A stretch of DNA of 64,000 nt from Massalongia carnosa (lineage: Eukaryota). The notes under the pieces are model-generated. The model ran no database searches. It saw only the letters and a list, made by a program, of their open reading frames with translations, and had not been told where the DNA came from. The stretch lies in the NCBI GenBank assembly GCA_965645245.1, contig OZ287078.1, positions 620,001-684,000 on the forward strand, given 5' to 3'. Both the position numbers and the translations under genes were made by a program. Positions 60,307 through 64,000 of this stretch are shown piece by piece (positions within the stretch are counted from its first letter, which is position 1; each line of letters opens with the position of its first letter).

Positions 60307-60621
60307 GACTTCTACTAACACCTTTCAAGTCCAGCTTAGAAGTTGATTTTCCAGCTACAAAAATTCACATCGTGATATTTGAGCGGATCTAAAGACTTCA
60401 TGGACTGTTTGCAGCGAACATGAATGGATGTTTACAGAAGCCGCCGTGCGGGATTGGAGGGGTTTTGGAACGCATAAAAGATTCCCCGCGGACCTCAATT
60501 AACAGGAAATGCGCCAACAATCAATATGTCTATCTTTCCCTTGACCTGATTGCTTTCCGAAAAGGCCAATGGAGCAGCAAATCATAGGAATTGGTTCAAA
60601 TTAGACGCTTTGTAGGGCAAA

Positions 60622-62751
60622 ATGTTGCCTTATGTCAATATACGTAAGCTAAAGGCCCTTCGAGTTTTGGATATACAGACTCATTTCAGATCAGCTTTTG
60701 AATATGCTAGTTCCTTGACTGGTTCGTCTGTAGACGAATGTAGGCCATCTCTTCATTAAATTCTCGTAGATTGTTGAGCTAACCGTTGTACAGTGAAGCT
60801 TATCACCTCATTCCTGCTCTCCTACCCCTTTGCCGGAGTGCTCAAGCGAATACCAGATTCCAAACCCTACCAAAAAAATCTATTCATCATAGCGTGAGCA
60901 AAGAACTCTGCCGCATGTTCAACCTGTTGACATACTTTCAAGCGTTTCGCTTTTCTATCTTGTTGGGCTCTTTGATCTCTGGTCAGGGATACGGACGCTG
61001 CTCATCAGTTCAGCTGGAGCATATCTCATTGCATCCTATGCCGAGGGACCTTTCATGCCATGGATAGGGTTTGTATTTATCATGGGCCATATGTCCATCA
61101 ATCAGATCAACCGCCAGTTTGCCAATACTCCCGACAAAGTTGATATCACTGGTGGGTTCAAGATTTCGAAGCTGGAGCCCGACACTAAATCATAAGATTG
61201 CAGGAGCACAGATGGTTTTGGTCATGAAGGTTACATTTATGTCCAGCTTAAATCATGATTTACAACTAAGGGGTTCAGCTTACTGCTTTTTGCTGGAACG
61301 TGCACGATGGTCGATTACCGCAGAAGGATTTAGCTGAATTTCAACGCGAACGGGCTCTCCATCAACTACCAAGCCTTTTGGACTTTGCTGGATATGTGGC
61401 AAGTGTCCCTACTGATTAGCAAACTCTGCGAGGTCTGACGGTTTTCAGCTCTTCTTCCCTTCACTGTTTGCTGGACCCTCTTTTGACTATGTTGATTATC
61501 GCCAATGGATTGAAACGAGCATGTTCGAAGTCCCCCCTGGTACCGATCCATCCTTGCGACCTCGGACCCGAAAGAAGAGAAAAATCCCACGGAGCGGTAC
61601 ACCAGCCGCGATCAAAGCCGCAATGGGTGCCGTCTGGATCTTTCTGTTCCTGAAGTTCTCCGGCTGGTACAACCCCGAGCTTGTGCTGGGCGACCAGTAC
61701 ATGAAATACGGATTCCTGCGTCGTGTCTGGATTCTGTACATGCTGGCGTTATCCACTCGGATGAAATACTACGGCGTTTGGTGCCTGACCGAAGGTGCCT
61801 GCATATTGTCAGGCATGGGCTACAAAGGCATCGATGCGAAAAAAGGCCGGGTGCAGTGGAATCGCCTGCAGAACGTAAGTCCATGGGGCATCGAGACGGC
61901 GCAGAACACGCGAGCCTACCTAGAAAACTGGAACATGAACACCAACAACTGGCTGCGTAACTACATGTACCTCCGCGTGACGCCGAAAGGGAAAAAGCCC
62001 GGCTTCCGCGCAAGCTTGGCCACGTTTGTCACCAGCGCCGTCTGGCACGGTTTCTACCCCGGCTATTATCTCTCCTTCGTCCTCGCCGCTTTCTTGCAAA
62101 CAGTCGCCAAAAGTACATCCCTCTAGACCGTCTCATGATCCACTCCATACACGTGCTAACCATGAATGACCCTGAGCCCTAGATTTCCGCCGCCATGTGC
62201 GCCCCTTCTTCCTCACCCCCGACGGCCAGAACCCTACACAGTACAAAGTCTACTACGACATCCTCTCCTACATCACCACGCAACTGGCGTTCTGCTTCAC
62301 CACTGCGCCCTTCGTGCTGCTCGCCCTGCCCGCTTCCCTGCTCGTTTGGTCGCGTGTCTACTTCTATGCCGTGCTCGGCACCGCCGCCTCCATGGCTCTG
62401 TTCGCCTCCCCCGTCAGATCCTACCTCACCCACAAACTCAAGGCGAGGAATACCGCTCGTCCCGCGGTAGTGATGCAACAGCGAGCGAACGCTGCTGCTG
62501 CTGCTGCTGCTACTACGGCGATGGAGGCCAACGCGCCAAACGAACGGTATGCAATGCACGTGGATATAGACGAGCATCCACTCATGGGCCTACCGAGCGA
62601 CCCAGGCCGGGACGTGGAGGAAGCGGTAAGAGAGATTCGGGAAGAGGTTGAAGCACGAAGGCGGAAAGGTGGTGGTGGTAATGCGGTGAAGGTGCCCACG
62701 GGCGCGGAGCTCAAGGCTGCGGTCGAGGAGCGGCTGGGGAAATCGCTATGA
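60622..62751 (+). CDS. ALE1: MBOAT lysophospholipid acyltransferase Ale1, multi-exon with a probable GC-AG intron (61399-61448)
   Basis: MLPYVNI start. Motifs LLSYPFAGVLKRIP, DITGAQMVLVMKLTAFCWNVHDG, FFPSLFAGP, KYYGVW, WNMNTNNWLRNYMYLRV and SAVWHGFYPGYY (catalytic His). Confidence 0.95.
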
Positions 62752-64000
62752 GGGAGGCGGCGGGATGTCGATGTCGGTGGTCAATTTCCACAAAAGCACG
62801 CGCGGGATGAATGAATCGATGGATAGATAGCATGAGCGAGCGATGAAATCTGTCTGCCTTTCTGCCTGCCTGCCCGCCTATCTATCTATCTACTTATTGA
62901 TCAGGGGGGGGGGGGTGGGGGGGGTGGAACAAAAAGAACTCCCTTGGCCCGCTTTGTACTCCAGAAGCCAGCCAGCCATCCAGACAGATGAAGAAGAGCC
63001 TAACCAACCAACCAACTAACCAGGCCTGCCTGCCTGCCTGCAGCGGGATAAGGTTCCGCACATGTACCTAGATAGAATAGTATAGCATAGCATAGAACAG
63101 AACTTGTTTTCGCATCAATCTGGAGCAATGTGAGGACAATAGTTACTTGCTGTATCAAGTGGAACCCGGAGGAACGTCGTTATTTATGCATGTATGTATG
63201 TACATTATCCACTCACCCACCCACCCAATCCTAACCAACCAACTAGATGCATATTCCTATAGATTTATATCTTTAAAGCTTCTCTACCTCCCCTGCCTTA
63301 CCAACCTGTACCACGGTTGTGTATGTATCTATATATGTATGTACACACACACACACACACATACACCCACACACACGCACACTTCAGACATGAGTAATCA
63401 ATCTACAATCTACGGGGGCAGAGGGCGGGGGATTAAAGAGTGTAGATAGATATGGGATACAAGAAGAAGAAACGCCGAGTCTAGGGCTCCTCCTCTTTCC
63501 CCTTTCCCCCCCCCGGAAAAAAAGGGATATACAGTTGCATATGCGATTTGCAGCAAAAAAGTGCATCCTCATGTGATATATAAGATAGATTGACAGCTCG
63601 ATAGATGGGGGACGGATAGGTAGAAACGGGTAGGTTTGTTTCATTTGATTATAATAAAATATGATTTGTAGGATATCGAAATCGTAGCACGAGAGGGAAA
63701 AACTTCTCCGTCCTCGCTTTGGGGGAAGAAAATCAGAAAAAATAGGGTTGGTAGCTAACGTAACTTGAGTCATCCATAGATCGGATCAGCCATGAACAAA
63801 TCGCACTCGATAGATCTCGTCATCGTCAGAACAAGAAAAATAGAAAATATGAAAACACTCGTGACTGAGTAGGTAGGTTAGTAGGTCTAGTAAGCAACCG
63901 TTCAGTAAACAAAATCACCGCTATATAAAAACCACCACCGGATACGTCCAAGCCATAACTTGCTAGATGGTTCAATTCTTCATGCGCACGGCCAAGACCG

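Noticed and set aside
31168..62751. Apparent functional cluster of membrane-trafficking genes (SEC16, NEO1, GET4, VPS45, ALE1)
   Set aside because: Interspersed with unrelated genes, and the category is large enough for chance co-location; no shared regulatory element shown.

Overview
Eukaryotic DNA from a filamentous ascomycete (Pezizomycotina), inferred from short GT-AG introns with CTRAC/CTAAC branch points and from fungal gene families; the species cannot be determined from this window. There are two compartments. (1) 1-~15.6 kb is a gene-poor transposon graveyard. It holds a piggyBac-family element with TIRs but no TTAA duplication, a 55-bp fold-back mini-element, a truncated Fot1/pogo element interrupted by a solo LTR, a minisatellite, and probable gag and kinase relics. 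One apparently intact 3-exon secreted-protein gene sits here; its C-terminus has the 8-Cys hydrophobin spacing, which appears only after splicing. (2) ~16-63 kb is a dense block of conserved genes: CSE1, TSC2, a GPI-anchored secreted protein with truncated-globin-like motifs, a DUF7918-like gene, SEC16, NEO1, RAI1, a small gene with an APC16/Apc9-like C-terminal motif, GET4, tRNA-Gly(CCC) with an intron, a DUF3602/Par32-like gene, MTO1, VPS45 and ALE1. This block also carries two MITEs, a decayed DD34E Tc1 element and many microsatellites. Best candidates for new biology: the cell-surface globin-like protein, the linker-plus-hydrophobin-pattern protein, an apparent CpC-context C-to-T mutation signature in the transposons, and the APC16-like gene. 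All gene models were spliced by eye and no database searches were run.
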